Positions 35,521 to 37,780 of a stretch of 37,780 nucleotides of DNA are shown one piece after another. The DNA is from Octopus bimaculoides (taxonomy: Eukaryota). Positions within the stretch are counted from its first letter, which is position 1; each line of letters starts with the position of its first letter. The stretch lies in contig NC_068992.1 of the NCBI RefSeq assembly GCF_001194135.2, forward strand, positions 879,064 through 916,843, written 5' to 3'. A model generated the notes under the pieces. That model was not told the DNA's origin. It worked only from the letters and a program-made list of their open reading frames with translations, and did not search any database. Position numbers and translations under genes: made by a program.

Positions 35521-36018
35521 AATGTATATATAAACATCGAGACACATATGCACATACGCACACACACTTACACACGTATATGTTTAGAGAAATAACAGAA
35601 GTGCGTGAATGCCAAATGTATTTATATGTAATAAATGGTAATGATATTGGAGACAAGATATTCGGAACAAAATGGACGCAGAGGAAAGTTTTCAGTAATA
35701 TGTCAGCAGATGCAGTTACTATAATAATTCAGTAATATTATTTGTAGCAGTAGTTATTTAAAATAAAACTCATTCCCAACGCTTGATCATTAATCAACTA
35801 AGAAGAGTGCGGTATTTTAAAGCTTTGTCTCATACCGTCTTTCCGTGTCTATCCTGCTGCAAACTACCGGACGCACCTTTTCTGATATAAGCAAAAAAAC
35901 ATCGTTCATTATTTTCTGAGCGAAACTTCGCGCAATTTCTTCATCCTTTCCATCACCATCCTCACCATCATTGGCAGACATGTCACTGCGGTCTTCCATT
36001 ACTTTAATATCTCTTAAT

Positions 36019-36230
36019 GCGGCGAGCTGGCAGAAACGTTAGCACGCCGGGCGAAATGTTTAACGTTATTTCGTCTGCCATTACGTTCTGAGTTCAAATT
36101 CCGCCGAGGTTGACTTTACTTTTCATCCTTTCAGGATCGATTAAAAAGTACCAGTTACGCATTGGGGTCGATGTAATCGACTCAATCCCTTTGTCTGTCC
36201 TTGTTTATCCCCTGTGGGCAATAAAGAAAC
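36019..36230 (+). mobile_element. tRNA-derived SINE family A, full length
   Basis: gcggcgagctggcagaaacgttagc head, gagttcaaattcc B-box; aligns with the reverse complement of 9629-9845. Confidence 0.93.
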
Positions 36231-36290
36231 AAATGTCTCTTATGGACGAGCTGTGTTTAAAACCAATACATTCCGGGCGAAAACTGTAGT

Positions 36291-36457
36291 NNNNNNNNNN
36301 NNNNNNNNNNNNNNNNNNNNNNNNNNNNNNNNNNNNNNNNNNNNNNNNNNNNNNNNNNNNNNNNNNNNNNNNNNNNNNNNNNNNNNNNNNNNNNNNNNNN
36401 NNNNNNNNNNNNNNNNNNNNNNNNNNNNNNNNNNNNNNNNNNNNNNNNNNNNNNNNN
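36291..36457. other. Assembly gap
   Basis: N run. Confidence 1.
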
Positions 36458-36479
36458 TATATATATATGTATATCTACA

Positions 36480-36990
36480 TAACCAGCGCTCCACCGAAAC
36501 CAACGTCTCCACAACTTTCTCGCATGCACTAAACAACATAAACTCCACTCACTCACATCCTGTCCTACAACCACCTACCCCTCCTCGATCCACTACCTCT
36601 CATCCTTACTCCTACCTTCTTTCCATTGCTCCAACCCTGCAACACAGCATTTCTTCCTCTCTCTTCTCCCACTTCAGTCTGTTGTTGCCATTTCTCCTGA
36701 TCTCCCCATCTCTGAAGCGGAGCGCTCTTTTCTTAGTAAGGGTCTGTGATTCATCCATCTCACTGCGACCAGTAACGCATTTCAGATTCGTGCTAATATC
36801 CAACACACTGTGCTTTGCGTCAGGCTATATGCACAATTCCGCAACACTCCAACAGCATCTAATGAAGAAGACTGCAACACCAACCATCTTACTGGACACC
36901 AGCTTCTGGCCAGTTCCAACCAGTAGAACAATTTGCAAGCGTCAAAGCCTTTCCCATCCTTCCCGAGCGTTAACGTAATACACCTGCTTG
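36480..36990 (+). mobile_element. Penelope-like element N-terminal region upstream of RT (Neptune-like)
   Basis: VVAISPDLPISEAERSFLSKGL*FI (36681-36755)..FQIRANIQ..VRLYAQF, then WTPASGQFQPVEQF (from 36893). These match the LS..E.S.LSKGL.F.P, RL.A.F and WTP..G motifs. Confidence 0.85.
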
Positions 36991-37740
36991 TTGTTCTTTC
37001 ACGTATCTTCGTCTTTTGTTTTCTGTAAAGTTGAACTACACACACACATACACATATATATATAACGGAAATGAGTGCCCAACACCGCATTGGTGGATAT
37101 AATTTCTTTATTTGTGAATTAAGGCTACCAGGCTAACCTAAATGAATTGTCGCGTGCTGAGCGCATGCAGTCATACTTTTATATAGACACACACACTTAG
37201 ATACATAACCATATGCACGCATGTATTGTTCGATAAACTGGAATTCTTAACAGTTAGTTTATATGGTGATTAAGGAAAACTAAATTCACAGAAAGAATCT
37301 TTTCATTAAATTTTGAATAAACGAGATTGTGGGAGTATTTGAAGGCTGAAAGAAGGAAATATGCAAAAATTATTAAAGAATTACCACATAACCGTGACAA
37401 CATGGCAATTTGCGCGACCGTCTATAGTAATTGCATTTGTGAATTTCAAATATGTATTCATATTTATGCGATCATTATGTATATGTTCTGTCATTTCTAA
37501 CATCTAATAATGATAATTCCTAATTCTTCAATAATTTGGTCATAATTTTTTTAGAGTTTCATTCTTCAACTACACCTCCCAAATCACACATTCAAACAAG
37601 TAATAACATACAGTCAAATTAGTTTCCATTAGTATAAACTCCCTTGTACTAATTTATCTGTATTATAGTTTGACAAACTGGCAGCTGGAGAACTATGTCA
37701 ATTCTACTTACGAATAAAGGATTAAAACAATGCATACATG

Positions 37741-37780
<40 letters not shown>

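Noticed and set aside
35817-36003. Acidic minus-strand ORF MEDRSDMSANDGEDGDGKDEE.. with donor AAG|GTGCGT
   Set aside because: Partly a degenerate (GAT)n tract, and the only available acceptor abuts a SINE head without a polypyrimidine tract. Cannot be excluded, but not supportable.

Overview
AT-rich, microsatellite-saturated animal genomic scaffold with five N-gaps. The SINE types and the microsatellite load suggest an octopus or other coleoid cephalopod (inference). There are no prokaryotic features, no CRISPR array, no rRNA and no true tRNA. Almost all ORFs in the supplied track are translations of (CA)/(TA)/(GA) or triplet repeats. Reading across stops and frameshifts shows that every recognisable autonomous-transposon remnant is a Penelope-like retroelement (PLE): at least eight decayed fragments from three or more lineages. 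Clade names (Naiad-like, Neptune-like) come from remembered motifs, not from a search. Notable PLE features are an inverted divergent pair at 27.6-29.1 kb, an in-frame TGA at a conserved Cys position at 7783-7785, and a decayed minimal hammerhead ribozyme at about 32.0 kb. The window also holds two tRNA-derived SINE families, three fold-back/MITE-like elements and a tandem array of a DINE-1/Helentron-like element. Host genes appear only as low-to-moderate confidence candidate exons (+ strand at 0.6-3.0 kb; - strand at 18-20 kb); no gene could be named. Boundaries of decayed elements are approximate.
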